IMG/VR virus record: IMGVR_UViG_3300048008_000449 | Location: 1 to 64,000 of that record | Strand: one strand, 5' to 3' | DNA: 64,000 nt | In this document: positions 36,445-45,112 of the stretch, one piece after another | Numbering within the stretch: position 1 is the first letter of the stretch | Layout of the letters: each line of letters begins with the position of its first letter | Made by a program: the position numbers and the translations under genes | Notes under the pieces: generated by a model | The model's database searches: none | Told to the model about the DNA's origin: nothing | Seen by the model: the letters and a program-made list of their open reading frames with translations, nothing else

Positions 36445-36608
36445 ACTGTTTCTCCTTTGGTTATCACCTCTTCAATTCGGTGATGTGGATATGCCTTCGG
36501 GCGTATCTCTTTAATCTTTTCTAAATATTTCTGTGCTTCTGTTTCTGAATGAAATCGTGCAACAGAAATTTCGTCGTGTATTCTAGGTGTATAAATTATA
36601 TCGTACAT
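36441..36608 (-). CDS. Small hypothetical protein
   Basis: Start set at MYDII (36608) after an AAGG RBS. Confidence 0.55.
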   Translation of the reverse strand: MYDIIYTPRIHDEISVARFHSETEAQKYLEKIKEIRPKAYPHHRIEEVITKGETV

Positions 36609-36618
36609 ATTATTTCCT

Positions 36619-37182
36619 TTATAAAACGTGTTCATGTTCAATGATATGCCAATACATTAATGCTTCATAGCCAAACCATAATCCAAATACTAAAAATGCA
36701 AAACGTGTAACTTTAAATAACACATGAGCTGATACTTTATTTTTAATTAATGGAAACATTCCAACGACTATTGCAATTGCAACTGATGCAGACATCCAAC
36801 TGTATAGTGTATTGTTACTTGCCATAAACATAAACATAAATATCTCAGAACTTTCTCTAGCAAAAATAACAAAGATTGTAACTAATGCGGCGATACTAGT
36901 ACCTGATCCCATTTTTTGAATACTATCAACAATTTGCTGTCCCATTGTGTGTGAAGTAAAATATAAGTAAATCATCATTGCTGATAAAAACCCATACATT
37001 AACCATTCATAAGGTTCTAGCAAGTTTCCTAGTTGCCAACCTAATACAAATCCTACAATAATTCCAGCAATAGCAGATGCATACATGCTCCAATTTAATT
37101 TGATGAATGTTGTAATCATCAATGTTATAAACATTATCTCTAATGCTTCTCTTCCTACTAATATAAACGGTGCAATAAGCAT
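36619..37182 (-). CDS. FTR1/EfeU-family iron permease (short)
   Basis: Two RExxE motifs (GREALE, ARESSE) in a highly hydrophobic protein; start set at ATG 37182 after AGGAG. Confidence 0.8.
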   Translation of the reverse strand: MLIAPFILVGREALEIMFITLMITTFIKLNWSMYASAIAGIIVGFVLGWQLGNLLEPYEWLMYGFLSAMMIYLYFTSHTMGQQIVDSIQKMGSGTSIAALVTIFVIFARESSEIFMFMFMASNNTLYSWMSASVAIAIVVGMFPLIKNKVSAHVLFKVTRFAFLVFGLWFGYEALMYWHIIEHEHVL

Positions 37183-37183
37183 G

Positions 37184-37528
37184 TTAATCTCCTTCTCCTG
37201 GTTTTTCAGATAGTAATTCACGTTTGTTTGGTTTATCTTTCCATTCTGCAGCATCTGCAGGTGGATCTTTCATTGTAGTTATGTTTGGCCATTTTTCAGA
37301 CATATCGGTATTGACTTTCATCCAATAGGCTAGTTCTGTGCCTTCGATAGCACCATCAGCAACAATTGCATCTACTGGACATTCGGGTTCACATACACCA
37401 CAGTCAATACATTCATCTGGATTTATTACTAGAAAGTTTTCACCTTCATAGAAACAATCAACAGGACAAACTTCAACGCAGTCAGTATGTTTACATTTAA
37501 TACAATTTTCTGTTACTAAATATGTCAT
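37184..37528 (-). CDS. fdxA: 7Fe (3Fe-4S/4Fe-4S) ferredoxin, FdxA type
   Basis: [38 protein letters not shown]. Confidence 0.95.
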   Translation of the reverse strand: MTYLVTENCIKCKHTDCVEVCPVDCFYEGENFLVINPDECIDCGVCEPECPVDAIVADGAIEGTELAYWMKVNTDMSEKWPNITTMKDPPADAAEWKDKPNKRELLSEKPGEGD

Positions 37529-37825
37529 TTATACTCCTAAAATTAATCTTGTATCTTCGCTCATTTTATCTGGTCCAAAAGGCGGATCAAATGTTATTTT
37601 AACATCGCATGTTTCGACGTTATCTACTTTTGTTACTGCTTCGTGGACTTCCGCTATGATCTCGTCTGCGGCAGGACAGAACGCACTAGTTAATGTCATA
37701 ACAATATCAACGTGTGCTTTATTAATATTTATTTCATAAATTAAACCCAAATCATATACGTTTATACTGATCTCTGGGTCATATACTACTTTTAAATTTT
37801 CAATAATCTTTTCTTTATCTATCAT
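37529..37825 (-). CDS. DUF59 / SufT-like Fe-S cluster assembly protein
   Basis: VYDPEISINVYDLGLIY, MTLTSAFCP, TFDPP..P; start set at ATG 37825. Confidence 0.9.
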   Translation of the reverse strand: MIDKEKIIENLKVVYDPEISINVYDLGLIYEININKAHVDIVMTLTSAFCPAADEIIAEVHEAVTKVDNVETCDVKITFDPPFGPDKMSEDTRLILGV

Positions 37826-38802
37826 ATATTTTCTATTAGTGGTTTTATTCTTTTCTTTAATTGTTTCGCCCATAACACATGGCCTTTTTCATTAAGGTGA
37901 TTACATTTACATTGATGCGACATAGATATTGGTCCATCAACTTGTAGCCATCCTCCTTCATCGGATGTTCCATCAAGACAATTAAGTCGTTCTCTTATTG
38001 ATTGATCAAAGTTAATAAGGTGATCAAATAATGTACTAGTATCACCTAGCATCATTTTTCCAATCTTGTACCAAATACTTCTAGCATCAAGTGATTCCCA
38101 TAAAAATTCTACACCAGAACTGACAGCTATGTTTTTAATAGCTTCTATCTTTATCAGATCATCTAAACAAGCCGCTGGCCCCATTCCATCAAGTATGTGT
38201 ACTTGTTTATAAGTGTCTAATATTTTTTTAGCATATGCTATCTCACTAGGAGTTAATGGATGCTCTAAAGGTTGCCAAAACTTCTTTGTTACACCTCTTC
38301 TCCAATCCTGCATACTAGCAGATTGATATAATGCATTGCATATATCATTATCACCCCAATGATCAACTAGACCTCTGCCCCAACGTTCATTTAGTTGTAA
38401 ATAAGATTCCAATGAAGCTCTACCAAATTGATTATTACTACCTGTTTTTGGGTCAGTAAATACATAAGGTCTATTAGCAACAGAATTATAAGGTACTGCA
38501 CTTTGTCCATTAAGAAGTCTAGCTTCTAATACCATTAATTTACAGTTTGGATCTTTAAGTACACCTCTAGTAACCAACTCGTTTGTTGCTTGTAATAGTT
38601 CTGAGTTATTACACCCAGGTAAACCTATCTTAATACATTCTAATCCTAGTTGTTGAGCTACCTGTTCGTGAGCAGTTTTTCCACTTATTACGCCGTCCTC
38701 ATAATCGTCACAACATCCAAAAGTGTGACTAGTACCTAATGCTACCATAAACGGCTTATTAGGTACTACCAAAGGTGGTTTATTGTCTAGCTTTCTACTC
38801 AT
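37822..38802 (-). CDS. SGNH-hydrolase-like protein
   Basis: ALGTSHTFG, GLPGCNN, CNHLNEKGH. Confidence 0.6.
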   Translation of the reverse strand: MSRKLDNKPPLVVPNKPFMVALGTSHTFGCCDDYEDGVISGKTAHEQVAQQLGLECIKIGLPGCNNSELLQATNELVTRGVLKDPNCKLMVLEARLLNGQSAVPYNSVANRPYVFTDPKTGSNNQFGRASLESYLQLNERWGRGLVDHWGDNDICNALYQSASMQDWRRGVTKKFWQPLEHPLTPSEIAYAKKILDTYKQVHILDGMGPAACLDDLIKIEAIKNIAVSSGVEFLWESLDARSIWYKIGKMMLGDTSTLFDHLINFDQSIRERLNCLDGTSDEGGWLQVDGPISMSHQCKCNHLNEKGHVLWAKQLKKRIKPLIENI

Positions 38803-39257
38803 TATTGAGAACTTGGTGAGTAGATAGCACTGTTTGCACCATGCTCACTACACTCTGCTGATTCACACCAGCAACGATCATCACTCATTTCTCGTATAAG
38901 TTTATCTGCAAATGCCCATGCATGTTCTGCAAACTTTTCTGCACCAACTCCGTCAAACAATCTAATTTCTGCTAAGTTCATAGCATCAAGTTCTTTGAAC
39001 TTCTCAAGATGGGGATCGTTTTTGTCTAAGCATAATTTATGATCAAAATGATCTTCAAGCCATGCTTTCAAAGGTTTTAATCCTCCAAAGTCAACTGCCC
39101 AGTTTTTATTATCTAATTCACTGCATCCAAATGTAAATTTAAATGCTAATGAATAGCCATGAATCAAACTACAATGTGAATGATCAGCATGTGGTTGACG
39201 AAATACTGCACTTAGTCCAATATTATGTCCGTATGTTTTTGTGCTTAAATAAGCCAT
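38802..39257 (-). CDS. queD: 6-carboxy-5,6,7,8-tetrahydropterin synthase / 6-pyruvoyl-tetrahydropterin synthase (QueD-like)
   Basis: HSHCSLIHGY, VDFGGLK.LK.WL...FDH, E..ANSA. Confidence 0.85.
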   Translation of the reverse strand: MAYLSTKTYGHNIGLSAVFRQPHADHSHCSLIHGYSLAFKFTFGCSELDNKNWAVDFGGLKPLKAWLEDHFDHKLCLDKNDPHLEKFKELDAMNLAEIRLFDGVGAEKFAEHAWAFADKLIREMSDDRCWCESAECSEHGANSAIYSPSSQ

Positions 39258-39280
39258 ATCTTATCTCCTATATAATATCA

Positions 39281-39320
39281 GCGGCAGAATGTTTTGAGAG
39301 GGTTGACGCCTAAGACCTCA
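39281..39320 (-). ncRNA. Candidate preQ1-I-like riboswitch aptamer in the queD leader
   Basis: UGAGG-UCUUAGGCGUCAAC-CCUC-U-CAAAACAUUCUGCCGC: short P1 stem, loop starting UC and ending AAC, A-rich 3' tail, possible GGCG/UGCC pseudoknot; recognised by eye only. Confidence 0.45.
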
Positions 39321-39326
39321 TTTATG

Positions 39327-39533
39327 TTATGCGTTTTTTAAGTTAATAGCTGATAAACCTTTAGGTGTTTCAGCAACTTCAAAAACAAGTTCATCACCTT
39401 CATTAAGACTGTTAAGTCCTGATGCTGTTATAGCTGATGAATGCACGAATACGTCTTTTTCGCTATCGTGTCTAGTAATGAATCCGTAGCCTTTAGTAGC
39501 ATTGAACCATTTTACTTTTCCTGTTATAGTCAT
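39327..39533 (-). CDS. cspA: Cold-shock protein
   Basis: [24 protein letters not shown] (RNP1/RNP2). Confidence 0.95.
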   Translation of the reverse strand: MTITGKVKWFNATKGYGFITRHDSEKDVFVHSSAITASGLNSLNEGDELVFEVAETPKGLSAINLKNA

Positions 39534-39563
39534 ATTATCCTTTATTTGTTATTTAAGTACATG

Positions 39564-40313
39564 TTACACTAGTTCTGTAGTTTTGTCAAGAGCATATCTA
39601 ATGTGTTGCCTAACTACTTTTGCTGGTGTTGCATCTCGTTTATGCAATACTTTGTGATTATTATATACCAACAGTTGTTTTGGAGCCCAATTATGAGAAT
39701 ACATGTGTTGTTCTTTGTATATCTCTTTTTGTAATTGCGGTTCTAACTCTGTTTCCGTATATGCTTCGCTGTAAAAGTAATATGGGCCATAATCATCTTC
39801 CCATACTAAATCATGTGTCGCTCTATTAAACCTTCTCCAGGCTCTTTCTTGTAACTTACTTTTAAAATTATAAGGATACTCTTCCTGACTCATGTACTTC
39901 GTAATACTGTTGACGCATTTTACGCCTTTTGCTTGTTCTTTTAAACTGTCACTGCTATCTTTATATACGCCTTGCATATCTAAGTAGTGTGTTTGACTAG
40001 ATCCCTTGTCAGCACGTATACAATACAATCCAACAAATGGATGTATTGAATCGCTGTAAGCTCTATCTTGGTGCCAAAGCATATCTGTTGCATGATTTAG
40101 CTTTTCACCTTTTTCATCTTCAATACCAATTGTAACTTTTTTACGACCATACATATCTTGATCTAAAAGTTTACCAAACTTGTCAATGGTTTGTTCATCA
40201 GCACCTTCAATACATATGATACCATATGCACCATTTTGAAAATCATTAACTAAAGTAGGAGTTATATCATCTACTTTTATGTTATGTAAGAATTTATATT
40301 TTTCTATAGTCAT
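39564..40313 (-). CDS. TauD/TfdA-family 2OG-dependent dioxygenase
   Basis: LWHQDRAY (HxD), H.W..K.L..YNN.KVLHKR. Confidence 0.82.
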   Translation of the reverse strand: MTIEKYKFLHNIKVDDITPTLVNDFQNGAYGIICIEGADEQTIDKFGKLLDQDMYGRKKVTIGIEDEKGEKLNHATDMLWHQDRAYSDSIHPFVGLYCIRADKGSSQTHYLDMQGVYKDSSDSLKEQAKGVKCVNSITKYMSQEEYPYNFKSKLQERAWRRFNRATHDLVWEDDYGPYYFYSEAYTETELEPQLQKEIYKEQHMYSHNWAPKQLLVYNNHKVLHKRDATPAKVVRQHIRYALDKTTELV

Positions 40314-40857
40314 TTGTTAACGGATTCTCTCCTCTCCATATTATATGTTGCCAGCATTCGTCACCATCACATGGTGCAGTTTGCCATTCATAATCTTCTA
40401 GTACCCAATCTTTGTACTTACAATTATAATTTAATCCTTTATGTAGATTACGCATCACTTTAAAATTTCCATGTTCTCTACTTATAAAGTGTTTGGTTAA
40501 GCCTTGAGATATTGCATAATCTACTTGTTGATCTGCATGTTCTGCGGTAAATGTACTTAGCCCTTTTACATGGTACTTATGAATACGTAGTCCTTTTTGT
40601 GCTACATTAAGTTTTTTACTTGTATAATATCTACTTAATACTCTAACACCGTTATTATAAAAATCTCTCGTTCTTGCTACACTACCTGCAATTGGATCGC
40701 CCTCATCATCCCATGTTACACTGTAACATAAATTTTCTTCACTGCTTAAACTTTCTATCTCATAATTATGAGGCATTCTATTCAATGAATCTTTTAATGA
40801 TTCTTCAAATAATGTAATAAGTTCTAGAGGGATCCAATCAGTAGTTTCTGTATGCAT
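40294..40857 (-). CDS. GNAT-like acyltransferase-fold protein
   Basis: PIAGSV..NGVRVLSRYY pattern; weak. Confidence 0.4.
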   Translation of the reverse strand: MHTETTDWIPLELITLFEESLKDSLNRMPHNYEIESLSSEENLCYSVTWDDEGDPIAGSVARTRDFYNNGVRVLSRYYTSKKLNVAQKGLRIHKYHVKGLSTFTAEHADQQVDYAISQGLTKHFISREHGNFKVMRNLHKGLNYNCKYKDWVLEDYEWQTAPCDGDECWQHIIWRGENPLTNDYRKI

Positions 40858-41798
40858 TATTCTTCTTTAAGAAATTTATAATTAAACGCAATACGATAAA
40901 GTAATCTATCACCTTTGACTGCATTACGTGCATGGTAACTCATAAACTGATCGTTAATAATTAAGTCACCTTCTTTCCAATGATGATGGTACATATACTG
41001 TGGTTGAAATAGATGTTTATGCAATGCATCCAATAATGGTTTTGCTTCTTGCAATGTAATTTCTTCACCAGTTTCTTTATTACGTAATTTACGCATTACA
41101 CCAAAGTGTCCTGTATAAATTGCTTTAGGACTATTGTCCTGATCCCACCAGCCTGGTATTGTTCTAAATGGATGTTGTACAATTAATGGTTTCCAACTAC
41201 CACGTACAGGATTAAGTTCGTTTTTACCTTTACGTCCTGTGCTTTTTAAATTACCTTCAAATATAGCAAGTAATTCATCCATGCCTTTGTTTAAACTGTC
41301 GTCATCAAATTGGTATATGCTATTGTCTTTATCAAACTGTGCCCAATATTCAAAATTATCAGCAGTATCTTTTAGCTCTTGTGGTAAGTCTTCGTATGCT
41401 TGCTTGCTGTTTAGATAACTTGTAACAACTTGTTCACCTGGACGAACACAATAGAAAGCAATACAACTTTCAATAACATGTTTCCAATGACGCCAGTTGC
41501 CGTTGTTGTGCCAACCTAATTCGCTTTCAGGAAATAATCCAACAAACTTTCCATCTTTGTCTTTTTCATTTGTAACACGGCTAATACCTGGATAATCTTT
41601 GTGTTCAAAGTAAACATCAAATCCTGCTTTCTTTGGACTATATAGTTTTCCAATGCTAGTAGCACCATCTAATAATTCTTGTTCGTGTAAATTAGCACCT
41701 GGTATATACGCAATAACATCTTTTGGTTGATTACGGCATACTTCATGCCAGTTATTTGGATCTCTCATATCCAAATTGTATTCTACGGGTTTAAACAT
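40857..41798 (-). CDS. TauD/TfdA-family 2OG-dependent dioxygenase
   Basis: ELGWHNNG, HHWKEGDLIINDQFMSYHARN..GDRLLYRI. Confidence 0.85.
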   Translation of the reverse strand: MFKPVEYNLDMRDPNNWHEVCRNQPKDVIAYIPGANLHEQELLDGATSIGKLYSPKKAGFDVYFEHKDYPGISRVTNEKDKDGKFVGLFPESELGWHNNGNWRHWKHVIESCIAFYCVRPGEQVVTSYLNSKQAYEDLPQELKDTADNFEYWAQFDKDNSIYQFDDDSLNKGMDELLAIFEGNLKSTGRKGKNELNPVRGSWKPLIVQHPFRTIPGWWDQDNSPKAIYTGHFGVMRKLRNKETGEEITLQEAKPLLDALHKHLFQPQYMYHHHWKEGDLIINDQFMSYHARNAVKGDRLLYRIAFNYKFLKEE

Positions 41799-41800
41799 TT

Positions 41801-42523
41801 TTACCTCTTTATTAATTTAATAAACCAAGCACCTGGGTCCCATTGCCACAGTGTCTTGCCGATACGCCAGTTTCTAGAATCTTCGTGATGGTTTTTATGC
41901 CATCCTTCTCCAGCGGTTAATATATTTGCAACCCAACTATTTTTAGGGTTACCATTTTCTGTGTGTGGGATTAAATTTACAAGTCCATATCCATGGAATG
42001 CAAATACTACTGGCATACAAAATCCAAATAAAAATAACATAGGATTTATGAACAACAATAATATTGCTATTAGTGTTATTAGTAAAAAATAGTTATCATG
42101 GAAGAATTTTGTATCCGGAGTAATTAATCCTTTAATCATTTTTCTTTCTATAGTAACATCGTTGCCCCATTGACTAGTATATACCTTAAAGAAACCTTTA
42201 AGTGTTGGACTATGTGGGTCTTTGTTAGTGTCAGTATAAGCATGGTGCATTCTATGTGTGCTAGCCCATGTTAATACAGGACCAGGATTTGCGAACATTC
42301 CTAGTACCTGTACATAATATCTATACCAATTTGGTGCTTCAAACGATCCATGACTAAAGTATCTATGATACCCTGCACTGATTGCTGAAGCGGCAATAAA
42401 TTGCCACCAAATGAAACTTAAGATTAGCATCCAAAGTTCACCATATATAAATGCTGGTATGAGCATTAAGTGGCAGATTGCATGTATTGAAAGAAGTTTA
42501 TGTGTTGTTGATATCTTCTTCAT
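41801..42523 (-). CDS. Membrane fatty acid desaturase (delta-9 acyl-CoA/acyl-lipid type)
   Basis: His boxes HRYFSH, HRMHH and GEGWHKNHH; DPHSP; WDP. Confidence 0.93.
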   Translation of the reverse strand: MKKISTTHKLLSIHAICHLMLIPAFIYGELWMLILSFIWWQFIAASAISAGYHRYFSHGSFEAPNWYRYYVQVLGMFANPGPVLTWASTHRMHHAYTDTNKDPHSPTLKGFFKVYTSQWGNDVTIERKMIKGLITPDTKFFHDNYFLLITLIAILLLFINPMLFLFGFCMPVVFAFHGYGLVNLIPHTENGNPKNSWVANILTAGEGWHKNHHEDSRNWRIGKTLWQWDPGAWFIKLIKR

Positions 42524-42546
42524 GCTTTACCTTTATAAATTAGTTG

Positions 42547-42819
42547 TTAGATAGTTTCTTCTGAAATAACAGTTGAAGTATAGTTTCTATCTTCTATTTC
42601 TGATGCAAACGCTTCTCTGTGAGCAGTAGCGTTAGCTTCGTCAATATAAGTTAAAACAATACGTACACCGTTACCAGCTTCATTCACGTCCATAGTTCCA
42701 GCAGTAATATACTGATCATTATACAATCCGCATCTACCATGTTCTGCAATCCATTCTTCAATGTTTGCATAAGTATTTGAATTGTTAGTGACTAGATCTG
42801 CAGTTTTTCTAAAAGCCAT
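42547..42819 (-). CDS. 90-aa acidic protein at the head of the desaturase/TauD operon
   Basis: Start MAFRKT at 42819 after a strong GAGGAG RBS; no enzyme motif. Confidence 0.7.
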   Translation of the reverse strand: MAFRKTADLVTNNSNTYANIEEWIAEHGRCGLYNDQYITAGTMDVNEAGNGVRIVLTYIDEANATAHREAFASEIEDRNYTSTVISEETI

Positions 42820-42852
42820 TTGTTTTCTCCTCACATCTTCTGATGTATTTCT

Positions 42853-42919
42853 ATTATATTACATTATTTATGACATTATGTCAATCAGATCTTGACAGAT
42901 AAATAAGTATGTATATAAT
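42853..42919. promoter_or_regulatory. Divergent promoter region with inverted TTGACA boxes, each followed by an ATAAATA motif
   Basis: (+) TTGACA 42892-42897, 16 nt, TATAAT 42914-42919, with ATAAATA inside the spacer; (-) TTGACA 42879-42884 with ATAAATA at 42865-42871. Confidence 0.65.
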
Positions 42920-42925
42920 AGTAAC

Positions 42926-43438
42926 ATGCTAGTAAAACAAGATCCAGGTAAAAGAGACATAGAATTCTTCGGTTATATATGCGAAGATATGGGCTATATG
43001 AACAATGCTAATTTAGATGCAATGAAATATGATTGGTGTAAGAAGCACAACGGCGAATGGTGGGCGGCTTATCACAATGATGTAATTGTATCAATGGCGG
43101 GTTGTCATAAGTTTCATGATGGTCATAGAATGTTGTTCAGGGGAGTACAAACAATGCCTGCACAGACTGGATTAAGTAAAAATCATATGACTAGTATTCC
43201 ATGGAAATGGATATTACCTGAGCAAATAAAATGGGCTCAAAGTTCAGAAGAACAGCCTGCATATATTACAACAAATGTTGAGAATGATGCAAGTGGAAAA
43301 ATGAATAGAACAGATAGATTATTTCATCTGTTAGCTAAACAAGGAATAGTAAGTTTTTATACTGAAGAAGAAATATACGGAACAAAACAATCAGTATGGA
43401 AATTAAACTTAGAAAAATATTATGAAACATTGGTTTGA
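42926..43438 (+). CDS. GNAT-like acyltransferase-fold protein
   Basis: WWAAYHNDVIVSMAGCH..RMLFRG pattern; weak. Confidence 0.4.
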   Translation: MLVKQDPGKRDIEFFGYICEDMGYMNNANLDAMKYDWCKKHNGEWWAAYHNDVIVSMAGCHKFHDGHRMLFRGVQTMPAQTGLSKNHMTSIPWKWILPEQIKWAQSSEEQPAYITTNVENDASGKMNRTDRLFHLLAKQGIVSFYTEEEIYGTKQSVWKLNLEKYYETLV

Positions 43439-43712
43439 TTGGAAACATTTAAGAGTAGCAGAATATCTAAATGGAACAAAACGTGATAATGCTATTGTGC
43501 TTTACTTTAAGCACATGTACATAGGTTTTAGAGAAGCAGGTAAACAGTTGTTTATGTGTATTGCTAGTATCATACATGCAATATTTCCTCCATTATTTAA
43601 TTTTAAATTATTAGAAATGGTAATTAATCAAGCAATAGGATTACACAAGTTTTTGCCTCAACATCCAGACTGGAAGAAATTAAAAGATGAACTTAATAAA
43701 AATAATAAATGA
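43422..43712 (+). CDS. Small protein resembling DUF6356
   Basis: YF.HM..F..A..L....AS.IHA.FP.LF pattern recalled for that family. Confidence 0.5.
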   Translation: MKHWFDWKHLRVAEYLNGTKRDNAIVLYFKHMYIGFREAGKQLFMCIASIIHAIFPPLFNFKLLEMVINQAIGLHKFLPQHPDWKKLKDELNKNNK

Positions 43713-44364
43713 TGGCACAACAATTAATACTAGCGGAACTACTGGTCCAAGTAAACCAATTTGGCAAAGTGCTGAAAAGATATACTTTGCAAATAGAGCC
43801 GCAGTAAAATGTCAGAAGTTAAATAAGTTTAGTAAAGTATATACAGTATGTACATTAGATCACGCAGGTGGATTATTTGCACAAACAATACCAGCTATAG
43901 CAGTTGATGCAGACGTATATATAGAACCATTTAATGCATTTACTTGGGTTAAAAAAATTATGGACTATACACATTCGCACCTAACACCTAATATGGCTAG
44001 AGCTGTTATGGCTACTAAAACATTTAGTAAACTTGATTTAACTGGCATAACAATTATGTGTGGAAGTGATAGAGTGCATAGTAGTATTATTAAAGCATTT
44101 ATAGCACAAGGTGCTACGTTTATTGCCAATTGGGGCATGAGTGAAGTAGGACCAGTTGCTATTAACAAAACATTTAACAAAGGTGATGTTGTAGATCATA
44201 CAGAAAGTATTATGGGAGATACAACCTATTGTGAAACTAAAATTGTAGATGGAGAGTTATATGTCAAAGGATATATTTGTGTATATGATGATTGGTTTGC
44301 AACAGGCGACTTAGTAGAATACAAGGATGATATTTACTGGTACCTAGGGAGAAAAAATGCGTAA
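43687..44364 (+). CDS. Truncated AMP-binding (ANL superfamily) adenylating enzyme
   Basis: TSGTTG.SK P-loop, NWGMSEVGP, FATGDL, GR; only 225 aa, with no C-terminal subdomain. Confidence 0.78.
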   Translation: MNLIKIINDGTTINTSGTTGPSKPIWQSAEKIYFANRAAVKCQKLNKFSKVYTVCTLDHAGGLFAQTIPAIAVDADVYIEPFNAFTWVKKIMDYTHSHLTPNMARAVMATKTFSKLDLTGITIMCGSDRVHSSIIKAFIAQGATFIANWGMSEVGPVAINKTFNKGDVVDHTESIMGDTTYCETKIVDGELYVKGYICVYDDWFATGDLVEYKDDIYWYLGRKNA

Positions 44365-45112
44365 GCTAGAAAACAAACATGTATTTGTTAGCTTTGAACC
44401 AGGAGCAAGTGGACATAGACTAGCAAGAGTATTAGCTACCATGCCATGTATGCATTGGTATAGCTGTGAAGAAAATGGAATTAATCCATGGAATGTTGGC
44501 AAAGTAAATGATTATAGTGGACAACGTAAAACAAGTAGATACCATTTTGATCGTATAACACCAAAAGGTAAATTGCCGCCAACACATGATTATGTAGAAA
44601 AGTATCTTCCTAATGAGAAACAATATTATAAATTGTTTGATCAATTATTTAAAGAGAATGGTGGAGAAGATATTATCAATGATGGTAAGCGTGTGTTATA
44701 TTGTACACATAGTATGCCTAATAAGATATTAGAATACTTTCCTAACAGTATTGTTTTTAATATTATACATGATCCAAAAACTATAACAGATCGTTACATG
44801 CAGACTACTGCAAAGTTTCCTGGATATGTAAAGCATTATGGTGTAGTGCCAGAAGATAATGAATATTTACAATTTTTAAAAATATTACATTCAAGAAAGA
44901 ATGATTTAACTGTAGCAGACATATGGGCATTTGAACGTAAGAAAAAATTCTATTCAGAAGCATTAGAAGAAAAACTTAAAAAAGAAATATATGCTAAGAT
45001 GTTTTCAAATAGTATTTTTAGGAAAGCAATAGACGATCCTAGAGTGTTTAACACTACAACAAAGTTTAATTATAAAGAAATAAAAAGGTATTTAGATGAT
45101 AGACTTCAGTAA
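44357..45112 (+). CDS. Hypothetical protein, sulfotransferase/P-loop-like N-terminus
   Basis: VFVSFEPGASGHRLARVL resembles a 5'-PSB loop; weak. Confidence 0.4.
   Translation: MRKLENKHVFVSFEPGASGHRLARVLATMPCMHWYSCEENGINPWNVGKVNDYSGQRKTSRYHFDRITPKGKLPPTHDYVEKYLPNEKQYYKLFDQLFKENGGEDIINDGKRVLYCTHSMPNKILEYFPNSIVFNIIHDPKTITDRYMQTTAKFPGYVKHYGVVPEDNEYLQFLKILHSRKNDLTVADIWAFERKKKFYSEALEEKLKKEIYAKMFSNSIFRKAIDDPRVFNTTTKFNYKEIKRYLDDRLQ

Noticed and set aside
30032-39533. Bacterial chromosomal origin of the housekeeping-like genes (prs, clpP, rpiB, apt, fdxA, cspA)
   Set aside because: They are isolated single genes among phage-type ORFs, lack their usual operon partners (clpX, groEL, iscS/sufBCD) and share the compact overlapping layout; a prophage or contig chimera cannot be fully excluded without reads
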